Shown here: piece by piece, positions 1 through 64,000 of the stretch
How positions within the stretch are numbered: the stretch's first letter is position 1
How the letters are laid out: each line of letters opens with the position of its first letter
NCBI GenBank assembly: GCA_964016885.1
Contig: OZ024758.1
Span: 12,462,001 to 12,526,000, forward strand
From: Eledone cirrhosa
Lineage: Eukaryota
Direction of reading: 5' to 3'
DNA: 64,000 nucleotides
Translations under genes and position numbers: made by a program
The notes under the pieces: generated by a model
What the model saw: the letters and a program-made list of their open reading frames with translations, nothing else
Told to the model about the DNA's origin: nothing
The model's database searches: none

Positions 1-808
1 GCAATTATCCCAGTGTATTACTGGTACTTTATTTTATCGACCCCCGTAAGGATGAAAGGTAAAGTTAACCTCGGCGGGATTTGAACTCAGAATGGCAAGG
101 GCCGTAACTCCATGCTGCAAAGCACAACATCCAACCCTCTAACGATACTGCCAATCCACCATAATAATAATGATTTCTACTTTAGGCACAAGGCCAGCAA
201 TTTTGGGAGAGGGGAAAGTCAATCGACCCCACTGCATTACTGGTGTTTATTTTGACAAGTGAGGTACAGGTGTCGTAGCTGTACTAGTAGTAGTGGTGGT
301 GGTAGTGGCAGAGGTAAGGAAACATATCAGTTGAAGGGGGATTGTAGTGTGTTGGTGAATCAAAGTGGAGTTGGCTGCCACCAGGTGTGAGCCCCGCAGG
401 GTGGATTGGCTGTCAGTGTGTCTCTCTCGCCTGCCTCCAGAGCAATGTCTTCTCCATCCAGTCAGCCGGGACCATGAGGTGGCCAACATATTAGGGTAGG
501 GTGGCAGTCTACAGACATGCATAGACTGGAGAGAAATAAAGCAGCCATTCTTCGTTACATGTGCAACGTAAATGTGAGAGAAAATCAGAGCTTGGATGAA
601 CTGAGGGAAAATCTGGGTTTAAGAGGAAGCTAAAGAAGTGTGCAGGAAAGAAGACCTCGTTGGTATGGACATGTGATGTGCAAGAATGAAGATCATTGGT
701 TGAACAACAACAGTATGTCTGACACCAGAAACTGTTTCAGTTTTTCAGTTGACTACACTCTCAGAGCATAATACAACTGAGTTAGATAATATAAAGAGCT
801 AAACTTAC

Positions 809-13372
<12,564 letters not shown>

Positions 13373-14397
13373 CTTAATCGTATGGGATGTAGGAAACTGA
13401 GACACTGTCGTAAAACCTTTCCACAGTCGAGATTAATCAAAATTAAAATAAAGTATTATCTTTTTGTAAAAATATGTCAATCATTAATGAGAATATTATT
13501 TCATTATCCAATTATTATTAATGAGTATTTTATTTTTTCTTCTAAAAAAAAGAATGAAATTTATTTTACAGCATTTTCCCATTTTCGCTCTTTCTCTCTC
13601 ATTCTTTCTGTATCTGTCTCTCTCTCTCTCTCATATATAGAGACCTGTACCGAAGATTGACATCCGTCAGTGGTAATTACTAGGCTGATAATATCTTATC
13701 ATCAAAAGACATTTCTATATATTTTTATTTTTAGATAATCTCTTTTTTTTTTTTTTTTCAGTTTTTAATCCTATAAATAAAAATTATTCCGATATCTATA
13801 TTTAAAAAATAAAAACAACATAAAAAAAAACCATCCTGTCTCACTAAGATAACCATTTATATTAAAAGAACCGAAATAGATGTAGGAAACCCCCTAAGCT
13901 ACTGTGGGTATAGTGCTGTGGGAACGGAGTTTCCTTATTTTTGTGGGAACAAGGAACGCTGTTCTTCCACACAGTTTCAAATGAATTCTTATTCAAAATT
14001 ATTTATTGGAACGAACAAGTATTTTCCTTCATATGAACTGCTAAGGTAGAACTGGAGTATAAATTTCAAAGCATTTGTGATCTTTCAGCCATAACTAAAT
14101 ACTTTTTCAGACATTACTTAATAAATTATCTTTTCAGAGGTAGTGAAATAATAACTTCTTACTTTCGTTTCTTACAGTTTGGTAAATATGGTTTCTGATT
14201 TAGACAGAAGGACAACAATATTTTTTTTTTTTTAGGAGGGGAAAGTCGATTAAATCGACCACAATATGTTACTGGTATATTATTTTATCGTTATTCCATG
14301 AGAGTATCTTGGTCAGCCTATGAACTTTTCAGCCTACCCTAGTATACACACATACAACTTCCATCACATATATACATATATATACTTGTATATATAT

Positions 14398-14431
<34 letters not shown>

Positions 14432-14947
14432 ATGTGTGTGTATATATACATACATATATATAGTAATAATTGTTTCTACTTTAGGCACAAAGACCCCGTA
14501 AGGATGAAAGGCAAAGTTAACCTCGGCGGGATTTGAACTCAGACTGTAAAGGGACGTAACTATGCTAGAAAGCATGGCGTCCAACCCTCTACCGATACTG
14601 CCAGATTCTTTGCTTAAACTTTAATCTGTTATTTTAATAAATATACATATATATATATATCCAGGGAGTCGGGCTAGATCGATACAGATCGAACTTTGAG
14701 CTAATCAGTAGCGGAACGCGCGTCACCAGCCAATAAACGTAACGAAGGAGTAACCATTCGTAGGCAGTATCGATAGTGGGTCGGATGCCCTGCTTTGCAG
14801 CATAGAGTTACGTCCCTTTATGATCTGAGTTCAAATCCCGCCGACGTTAACTTTGCTTTTCATCCTTACGGGGTTGATGGTTGATAAAATAAAGTACCAG
14901 TAATGTACTGAGGTAATTGCTGGCCTTATGCCAAAAGTAAAAACAAT

Positions 14948-15011
<64 letters not shown>

Positions 15012-15017
15012 ATTCAA

Positions 15018-15072
15018 ACTGCCTGAAGAGGTCACAGCCAAAGATGGCTGTCACTGAAATATATATAGCAGT
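15018..15072 (+). ncRNA. Minimal type-I hammerhead ribozyme motif
   Basis: actgc CTGAAGA ggtc-acagcca-aaga-tggctgt-cact GAAA tatata TA gcagt, followed by AATAAA. Confidence 0.75.
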
Positions 15073-15419
15073 AATAAACGAAGCTAAATTTTAATCATTT
15101 GACTTTTATTTAACTTTATTTTACACTACTCCGGAGTAACCAAACCAACCTACGCACTTCGTCGAGTGCTCCAGCCTGCATACTGAGGTGTTGGTATACA
15201 ACCAACATAAACTCCAAATATATATATATATATATATATTATGTTGAAAATTAAACCTAATTTGGTCATTCCATGAGAGTATCTTGGTCAGCTTATGAAC
15301 TTTTCAGTCGACTCTCTTCCACCAGTGTCAGTAATTTCACGAACCGTTGTATATCTAACATTGTCTATCTGTATTCCATGTTCATACCACCTACATATAA
15401 TTCCTCTGATACTCAATTA

Positions 15420-15732
15420 CATTGATCCCCTGGTATTCGCGGTCCCGACATTCGCGGAATTTTCCTCAGAACTTTACTAATAATTGTTCATGGAGACCAC
15501 CGGATATTCGCAGAATTGTAAATACATTCTGCAAGTTTTTATGCCTTCTTTCGTGGCAATATATATATTTTTCCACGCTTTTTAACACTAAATTATTAAT
15601 AACAATATTCCGTATTTGCCGGCCTATATGTAACGTTGTTTTGACGTTTATAGGCATTTTTATGGACCCCGTCCAATATTCGCGGTTTTTCACTCTAGGA
15701 AGGTAACCCCCGCGAATACCGGGGGACAACTA
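15420..15732. mobile_element. pogo/Tigger-like MITE
   Basis: TIRs TCCCCTGGTATTCGCGG and CCGCGAATACCGGGGGA with TA flanks. Confidence 0.7.
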
Positions 15733-16124
15733 TATACTCTCATCTAATCTGTGCTCCATCATTCATTCATATTAATATCACACGTCCAACAGAACATGTT
15801 AACCTCATAGCTTCATTTTTTATTTCATTTGGTGGAGGGGCAAGATGGGAGACAACTCAAGCATGTTTCGGTATTTTTCCAATCTTCACAATATATTGTC
15901 TCCCTTGACACAGTTGTGATTAATAAACCCGTAAATAATTGTTTCTACTTTTGGGTCAAGGCCTGCAATTACCTCAGTACATTACTGGTACTTTATTTTA
16001 TCGACCTCGTAAGGATGAAAGGCAAAGTTAACCTCGGCGGGATTACCAGCCTGTGACGTTCGAGACGTTTGGTGAAGCTGAACCGCTGACAGGGAAGTTT
16101 TTGTCATCGTAAACGGCTCGCCTT

Positions 16125-17796
16125 ACCGAGGTATCTGGTGATTCCCGTGGTGAAGGTGTTTGGTTGTTCCAACGTCTTAGCCTCGCTATCACCTGGCTTT
16201 ACCGAGGTATCAGGTGATTCTCGAGGTGAAGGTGCTTGGTTGTTCCAACGTCTTAGCCTCGCTATCACCTGGCTTTACCGAGGTATCAGGTGATTCTCGA
16301 GGTGAAGGTGCTTGGTTGTTCCAACGTCTTAGCCTCGCTATCACCTGGCTTTACCGAGGTATCAGGTGATTCTCGAGGTGAAGGTGCTTGGTTGTTCCAA
16401 CGTCTTAGCCTCGCTATCACCTGGCTTTACCGAGGTATCAGGTGATTCCCGTGGTGAAGGTGCTTGGTTGTTCCAACGTCTTAGCCTCGCTATCACCTGG
16501 CTTTACCGAGGTATCAGGTGATTCTCGAGGTGAAGGTGCTTGGTTGTTCCAACGTCTTAGCCTCGCTATCACCTGGCCTTACCGAGGTATCAGGTGATTC
16601 TCGAGGTGAAGGTGCTTGGTTGTTCCAACGTCTTAGCCTCGCTATCACCTGGCCTTACCGATTTATCAGGTGATTCCCGTGGTGAAGGTGCTTGGTTGTT
16701 CCAACGTCTTAGCCTCGCTATCACCTGGCCTTACCGAGGTATCTGGTGATTCCCGTGGTGAAGGTGCTTGGTTGTTCCAACGTCTTAGCCGCGCTATCAC
16801 CTGGCCTTACCGAGGTATCAGGTGATTCTCGAGGTGAAGGTGCTTGGTTGTTCCAACGTCTTAGCCGCGCTATCACCTGGCCTTACCGAGGTATCAGGTG
16901 ATTCTCGAGGTGAAGGTGCTTGGTTGTTCCAACGTCTTAGCCTCGCTATCACCTGGCTTTACCGAGGTATCAGGTGATTCCCGTGGTGAAGGTGCTTGGT
17001 TGTTCCAACGTCTTAGCCTCGCTATCACCTGGCTTTACCGAGGTATCAGGTGATTCTCGAGGTGAAGGTGCTTGGTTGTTCCAACGTCTTAGCCTCGCTA
17101 TCACCTGGCCTTACCGAGGTATCAGGTGATTCTCGAGGTGAAGGTGCTTGGTTGTTCCAACGTCTTAGCCTCGCTATCACCTGGCCTTACCGAGTTATCA
17201 GGTGATTCCCGTGGTGAAGGTGCTTGGTTGTTCCAACGTCTTAGCCTCGCTATCACCTGGCCTTACCGAGGTATCTGGTGATTCCCGTGGTGAAGGTGCT
17301 TGGTTGTTCCAACGTCTTAGCCTCGCTATCACCTGGCCTTACCGAGGTATCTGGTGATTCCCGTGGTGAAGGTGCTTGGTTGTTCCAACGTCTTAGCCTC
17401 GCTATCACCTGGCTTTACCGAGGTATCAGGTGATTCTCGAGGTGAAGGTGCTTGGTTGTTCCAACGTCTTAGCCTCGCTATCACCTGGCCTTACCGAGGT
17501 ATCTGGTGATTCCCGTGGTGAAGGTGCTTGGTTGTTCCAACGTCTTAGCCGCGCTATCACCTGGCCTTACCGAGGTATCAGGTGATTCTCGAGGTGAAGG
17601 TGCTTGGTTGTTCCAACGTCTTAGCCTCGCTATCACCTGGCCTTACCGAGGTATCAGGTGATTCTCGAGGTGAAGGTGCTTGGTTGTTCCAACGTCTTAG
17701 CCTCGCTATCACCTGGCCTTACCGAGGTATCAGGTGATTCTCGAGGTGAAGGTGCTTGGTTGTTCCAACGTCTTAGCCTCGCTATCACCTGGCCTT
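16125..17796 (+). repeat. Minisatellite, 22 x 76 bp hairpin-forming unit
   Basis: Unit accgaggtatcaggtgattctcgaggtgaaggtgcttggttgttccaacgtcttagcctcgctatcacctggcctt, period 76. Confidence 0.97.
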
Positions 17797-18052
17797 TCCA
17801 AGCATGCAAAAACGGACATGAAAACGATGATGATGATGATATATATTTTTTTTTTCTTCTCTGTTTTTTTTTCTTTGCTTGTTTCCTTAAAATTAACCGT
17901 CATTCCGTTGGTATACATTTATTACGCAATTTACACCTGAAGATGTCACCAGGTTCTTAGGTAACCAGGCCACTGAAATGTTTATAGTGTTTGCAGAAAT
18001 AAATAATTAAGGAAATTTAATATATTTGGCCTCCTCTAATTTCACTTTATAT

Positions 18053-18085
<33 letters not shown>

Positions 18086-18257
18086 CTGATGGTAGCTAAA
18101 ATGCTTCCATAGGTGGTATGACGGTTGAGCACTCTATGCTCTTACAGAGCAGAGTATGATATAATAGAAAACGAAAAATTAGTGATGCATCTGAACTCAA
18201 TTTATTGTGTCTTACAATTGTTTCGCCGGCGGACAGCTCGAGACGTGATCATTGTGT

Positions 18258-18302
<45 letters not shown>

Positions 18303-18674
18303 AACCAGTAAGACCCCGACAGCTGAGCTCAAGCCGTTTCGACGGCTAATTCTGGACTGGCTAATTCAGTCCAGAATTAGCCGTCGAAACGGCTTGAGCT
18401 CAGCTGTCGGGGTCTTACTGGTTCCTATTACCCACTCTACTACCTCAAGTATTGAGTACTTTGGTGCGTTATGGTCCACCTGGTTCCTTACCACATTTCC
18501 TTCGTTATATATATATATATATATATATAAAATGATTCTATGGACATATTTTATGATATATTGCTCTGATTATTTAATTTATTAATTCTTCATTGAGCCA
18601 CATCGTGAATGGTTGGCACATATATATCTATGGCTTTGTGTATACACAAAGCCATAGATACATATGTGCCAACC

Positions 18675-18768
<94 letters not shown>

Positions 18769-18846
18769 AAGTCATAGATATGAACAGAAATGGTCGCATT
18801 CTTTAAGGGTATGTCAATATTTATTTATAAAACTGATCTATATTAT

Positions 18847-18909
18847 ATTTTATCTGATGAAAGCACACCATAATTTAACTTGGTGTCCTTGAAATATGTA
18901 TAATGAAAT
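18847..18909 (+). ncRNA. Minimal type-I hammerhead ribozyme motif
   Basis: attttat CTGATGA aagcacacca...tggtgtcctt GAAA tatgta TA atgaaat. Confidence 0.7.
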
Positions 18910-18951
18910 AAATATGGTTTTATAAATATAGTTTCCATTTGTTAATATATC

Positions 18952-18993
<42 letters not shown>

Positions 18994-21585
18994 ATAATAA
19001 TAAAATTGAAGACTAAAATCCAAAGAGGGCTCGATAAGGAAAATATATATCAAATATATAAGAACCGTAGAGCAAATATTTATTAAAATAACAGATATAT
19101 AAAGAATTCGAAGTTTGAAAGCCACGAGAATATGGGTTTGGACGGAATATAAAGGAGTATAAAGGAACTATTTCCAGTGTCTGGTGTGGCTTTCTAAGCC
19201 ATGGAGAGAGAGAGAGAGTGGGGGGCTGCAGTAGAGGACGACCACGAAACACCTGGCAGAGAAAATGACGAAGGAACAATAGTGGAGAGACACCATGCTC
19301 AGAAGTACCAGTCTAACTCATGCAAGTATGTAAAACTGGATATAAAAACAATGGCGATTATTAAATAATCTAGAAAAGTCATCTTTCGTATTTTCTACGT
19401 AGTTCATGCCTACTAACCGTCATTTATCAAACTATACTCCCAATATAAATTACAGTAGAGATTAAGTTTTAAAAGATCTACAAAGCTTTCTGAGTCATCG
19501 AGATTTCCAGTTACAGGATCTTAGTAACCCGAGTTAGCAATGAGTATATAAATAAATTTAGTGTGCAGTTCACAAAGGCTAATTCTCTTCACGTTAACTA
19601 TAGTCCTCCAATCTGCAAGTGAGAACCTCGCGAGCTGGAATAGCTCTTCCAGTCAAGGTTGGATTTAGAGCTTGCGGGAGCCCGGGATACTTTAGGTTGG
19701 GGGTGTTCATACACACACAAAAAAAATTAGAATAGAGGTATTAAATTCAAAACTGCATTGCAGGGGAATGAGGATCATAAAAGCAAAGGATGAGCAATGA
19801 TTGGAAAGACATGAAGATCCTTGAATGGTCTGCACCAAACTTCGGCATTGGAGGCAGGACCAGCCTACAAACAAGACACCACTATGTAGTGCAAAAGGTC
19901 CCATCCATCACATCAAAAACAAGGGCAACAAACTGCAATAGCCTGGGGTTCAAGGGACCCCCACCTTTTTAATAAACTACCAAAGAATCTGAGAGATCTA
20001 CACCTCAGACATGTTAAACATGCGGCCCGCACAAAGGTTTTTACAGTGTGAGTATGTTTTATCTTCGTAATATAAAGCTAAAAATTGTTGTAATGTGCGC
20101 AATTAGTTGTCGTTTGTGGCCCTCAAACGACAACTAACTGTGGCCCTCAGACAACACATAAGTGACCCATGGGGGACCCTCAGTTTGTCATACCTGCTCT
20201 ACATGGTGTGCATGGAAATGTTTTCAAAAGACATCTTGACATTCTACTGACCAAGATCCCGTATGAATCCACAGCACGAAGCGGGGTGCAAATAAGGACA
20301 GCAGTAACAAACCCCCTATCGTATTAATGGCCAACTAGGGAAGGCTGGCTATAGAAAAGGTAGCATCAATGACGGTGCCCCAGCATGGCCTGGGAAATGT
20401 AATAGAGTTACAAAGTAAGCATTCATGCTCCATTGGATGTGTAATGTTAGTGTACATGAACAGCAGAGCAGAACTAAGTAGAGAGAAGGGGTGTGTATAA
20501 ATATGTGTGTATATATATATATATGTGTGTGTGTGTGAGTGTGTGTGTGTTTACATATATATATATAATAATGATAATAATGAAATTATTGTGTAAAGTG
20601 CTCAGGTGCACTACAACTCGTCAATATAGTACATAGAATAATACACAAATGCCAGGGAAGTACATGTTTGTATGTGTTAGCTGTAGTGTTGGCGGATCTC
20701 GGGAAGCATGGAGGCCTTAAAGGATGCAGTGTCTCGACAGCTAACAACTGATGCAGGTAGTTTGTTCCATGCTTCAGCAACTCTGAACGTGAAAAACACA
20801 CACATATATATATATATGTGAAGGCGTGTGGTTGAGTGGTTAGAGAATTGGATTCGCAATAGTGAGGTTGTGAGTTCGATTCCCGGACAGGGCGATGCGT
20901 TATGTCCTTGAGCAAAACACTTTATTTCACATTGCTCCTTCTACCAGGAGTTGCGACCGATAGATAGTATTAGCAAATGGAAAGACCAATGGAAACATTG
21001 TTTCCTCGGTCCGATTTGACGAATGTCGATCGTTCCTTTTATATATATATATATATAATCCCCGTCCATTTTCCCACTCTAGCATGGGTTAGACGAGTTG
21101 TCCAGATGTGAGCCAAGCAGACCAGATGACCGTCTCTCTCTCTCTCTGTAATTTCTTTATACTGTTAATAATCAATAATTACGTTTTTTAATAATAGCCT
21201 AGCTGTCGTAAGTTAAATATATCTATATATCTTTATTCCTCATAACTTACAAAAACAGGTATGGTTGTAGTGCTTGTATATACCTCGATATATATTTATA
21301 TTTGATTGCCCTACCTGTACGGTAATACAATAGGTAAGTATATAAACCAATCAGAACTTAGTGGGTATTGTATAAAGTAAAAATACATTTAAAAAAAAAA
21401 TAAACTAGAAACTTGAACTAGTTTGGGAAATTCCTGTTGCATAATAAAACATTACACCCTTTTCTATCTCCTCCACGCCGAATAACTTTATTGTTATTGG
21501 ACATATAGAGTAGGTTAATAGTTTAAAAGTTCATAATTTCTGTTGATAAGTTAAGGATAATATATCTACATATATTTATATCCTA

Positions 21586-51739
<30,154 letters not shown>

Positions 51740-52285
51740 GAACAAACAAACACACATACAGAGAAAACTTCTTGAAGACCTTCCTGAAGAAATACTGAAA
51801 GAGAAGAAGAAAAAGATGAAAAAAAAAGACACCTCAATTATTGTTAATTTTTATGGTTTTTTTTCAAGTTAAATAGAATAAAATATTTTCAAATTTTATG
51901 TAAAGCAAAATAAATATGATTATAGTGCTTGTTTAATTCTTGATTAAAAGTTCAAAACTTATTTTGGTTTTTGTTTTGTATTATCAGGAAGATAATTGTT
52001 ATCTTTAGTGGGGTGTGCTCCAGCTGGCCTGCAGAGGGATTCAAATAGGTTGTGTTTATTACCCCTGCAGGGCCAAACTCCCTCCCATGTGTGATGCTGA
52101 AGGTCAGTGTGCCTGAGCTGGGCAATAATGTGAGTCCCTGCTTACACTAAATGGCTCATATAGGTTGTGAAAGCGAGTGCCGGGTCAATTGGAGATGGTT
52201 GCTTCTGACAGGACCCACTGGAATAAGTGGACGAAGGAGATGAAGAGGAAGTAGAGAAGCATTATGGTGGTTGGATCATTAAACC

Positions 52286-52324
<39 letters not shown>

Positions 52325-52757
52325 AATATGGTGATAATGGAGCTGCGGCGTTGCAAATGGGATACATATGAAAAAGTGAGTCCTCATCAGTGACCCTCCA
52401 ACCGTCCTCGGCATTTCATCGCTTTAAGGGCCATATGCCTCAGGTTGGTGCGAACAACGGCTAAAAAAAGTCGTTGGGACACGTAAATAAGGGGGGGGGG
52501 ACATTAGAGTAACAACAAAAGGGTTATAGCAACGGAAAGTGAGTAGAAATAGACAAGTCCCAGATCTCTATGAATATAAACTCTGTGAAATCGTGAACAA
52601 GAGACGAAAGACCATCGAACCTGGTAGAAATGTGAGCAAGGAAAGAATTTCGCCCAAGTTCGACAGGGGGGAAAAAGGAGAGAGAGAGAACGAAAACTGG
52701 TCTACGAATTCGGTAAACGCAAGTTTTGTGAAGTCGCAGACGAAAGAGAGATATATA

Positions 52758-52928
52758 CCGTATCTCCCGGCGTCGAAGACCCCACTTTTTTCCTAAAATA
52801 AGTCTAAAAAATCTACCATGCGTCCTGGAGCCCGAAGGTTGTTTATCATTTTTTATTTTTTTATTTTTGGTAGTCAAAATTAGGGTGCATCCTCGAGGAC
52901 GAAGCGTCTTCGGCGCCGGGAAATACGG
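52758..52928. mobile_element. pogo-like MITE
   Basis: TA|CCGTATCTCCCGGCGTCGAAGAC ... GTCTTCGGCGCCGGGAAATACGG|TA. A diverged copy lies at about 37440-37608. Confidence 0.75.
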
Positions 52929-53951
52929 TATGTATACACATAAATTTCACTGCTTGCCATAGGTACTATTTTCCCTAGTTACGCCTCTGCTCACAAATCA
53001 TGGTAAATCACACTGAGCCAGATACCACACAGAAGGATTGTACCCGAGACTTAATGAGTGTGAACCAAACTCCTTAACTATTCAGTCATACGCCGGAATT
53101 GAACGGGGGAAAGAGTGCGGTAGAATGTGCCTGACTGATGGAAAAACTCACTAAGTCTTCAGAAGAAGATAAAAAAAAATAAAAAAGAGTATATGGAGTG
53201 TCAACCCTGCATTTCTACTTCTTAAAATATCTTCAAAGACAACATGACAAAAATTTGTCGTAAAGGAAGATCACCTCCCTGACCTAGGCACAGAGTTTGT
53301 CACTCTCTCCCTATCGTTGTCTAATAGTCCTCGATCTTGACTTTTTTCTTTACATTTATGGCATTTATAATCCTTTCCTCTATAGTCTGATCGGACCTTC
53401 TTTACCCTTTCCTCCACTTGTTTTATCATTACTTAATTTTGTTTTTAAATATTTCCATCGTTGTCTAACGTCTGTTTGTAAAATATAGTTGACATAATAT
53501 GTTTTTGTCTAACTGATAGCAAAATAAAATAAAGACCTGAAAATCCCCACCAGAAATTATCTGATAAGAAATATAATAGCGGTGCCTCAGCATGGCCACT
53601 TATAACGAAATTTTAGTATTTACATATTAAGACAGAGAGAAAAAAAAAATATATATATATATAATATATATATGTTTATAGAATAAATATATATATATTT
53701 ATTTTAAGATTTTTACGTTGACAGATATTTATATAATTTCCAAGTTCAATAATTTATAGAGTGTAACAGGATCATTAGTAGTAAAGACACACAAAAACAT
53801 TTAACACCGGCCACACTTAGTAGTAATAATGAAAGTGCCGGAGTTTGTTGTTGTGGTTTTAAAATAACGTCGATAAAAGGATTGATTTTAATTTATTGGA
53901 ATATATTATTGAGATTTATTGAATTATATTGAAATATATTATTTATTGAGA

Positions 53952-63472
<9,521 letters not shown>

Positions 63473-64000
63473 GTGAGTACGACAGTTTAGTTTCAAATGT
63501 ATCATCATCATCATCATCATCATCACTGTTTTACGTCCGTTCTTCCATGCTAGCATGAGTTAGACAGGTTGTCCTGTTGTGGGCAGTGTCCGGTCGGCTG
63601 ACCTTGTCTTGCTGATACAGGAACTGATTCTGGCTTGATTTCTACAGCTGGATGCCCTTCCTAAGACCAACCTCATTTACAGTGAGTACTCGGTACCTTT
63701 TTTGCCGTGGCGCCAACACGACCACTTTACAGTGGGAGGGTGTGGGGGCATATTGTCTTTATGCTTCAGCTTCGGCTTGTATATATCTGCTATATATTGT
63801 TTCAAATATATATATCTGCTGTATATTGTTTCAAATATATATATACCTGCTATATATTGGGATATACATATTTACAAGGAGACTGCTACAGTTGCTACAG
63901 TTTAGTTTCAAATATATATATGGAGGCACATGGCTTAGTGGTTAGAGCATTGGCTTGCAATCGAAAGGTTGTGAGCTCAATTCTCAGACTGGGTGATGTA

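Noticed and set aside
16125-17796. CRISPR array or tRNA cluster
   Set aside because: There are no unique spacers and the context is eukaryotic. The 76-nt unit has no A/B boxes or cloverleaf.

Overview
AT-rich, intron- and microsatellite-dense animal genomic DNA. The SINE/RTE repertoire looks like an octopod cephalopod (inference). Three spliced genes can be rebuilt by hand with consistent GT-AG sites and phases: (1) the 5' part of MARCH6/MARCHF6 (minus strand, 5 exons, continuing off the left edge); (2) a 20-exon, about 755-aa PH-domain + FH2 formin (plus strand, 21586-51739) with several degenerate formin hallmarks; (3) the 5' part of OGFOD3 (plus strand, 7 exons, continuing off the right edge). 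Introns and intergenic DNA hold a young 5'-truncated RTE LINE with an intact ORF, tRNA-derived SINE families, a head-to-tail Helitron dimer, piggyBac-, pogo- and mariner-type MITEs, an R4/Dong-type endonuclease fragment, CR1/L2-like 3' ends and several minisatellites. The most striking non-genic signal is about 14 minimal type-I hammerhead-ribozyme motifs from several sequence families. They often lie in fold-back cassettes next to (TA)n tracts, the signature of Penelope-like pseudo-LTRs. There is also a 22 x 76-bp array of hairpin units ending in an RTE-type tail. Most ORFs in the supplied track are microsatellite or SINE artefacts. All calls were made by eye; no searches or folding programs were run.
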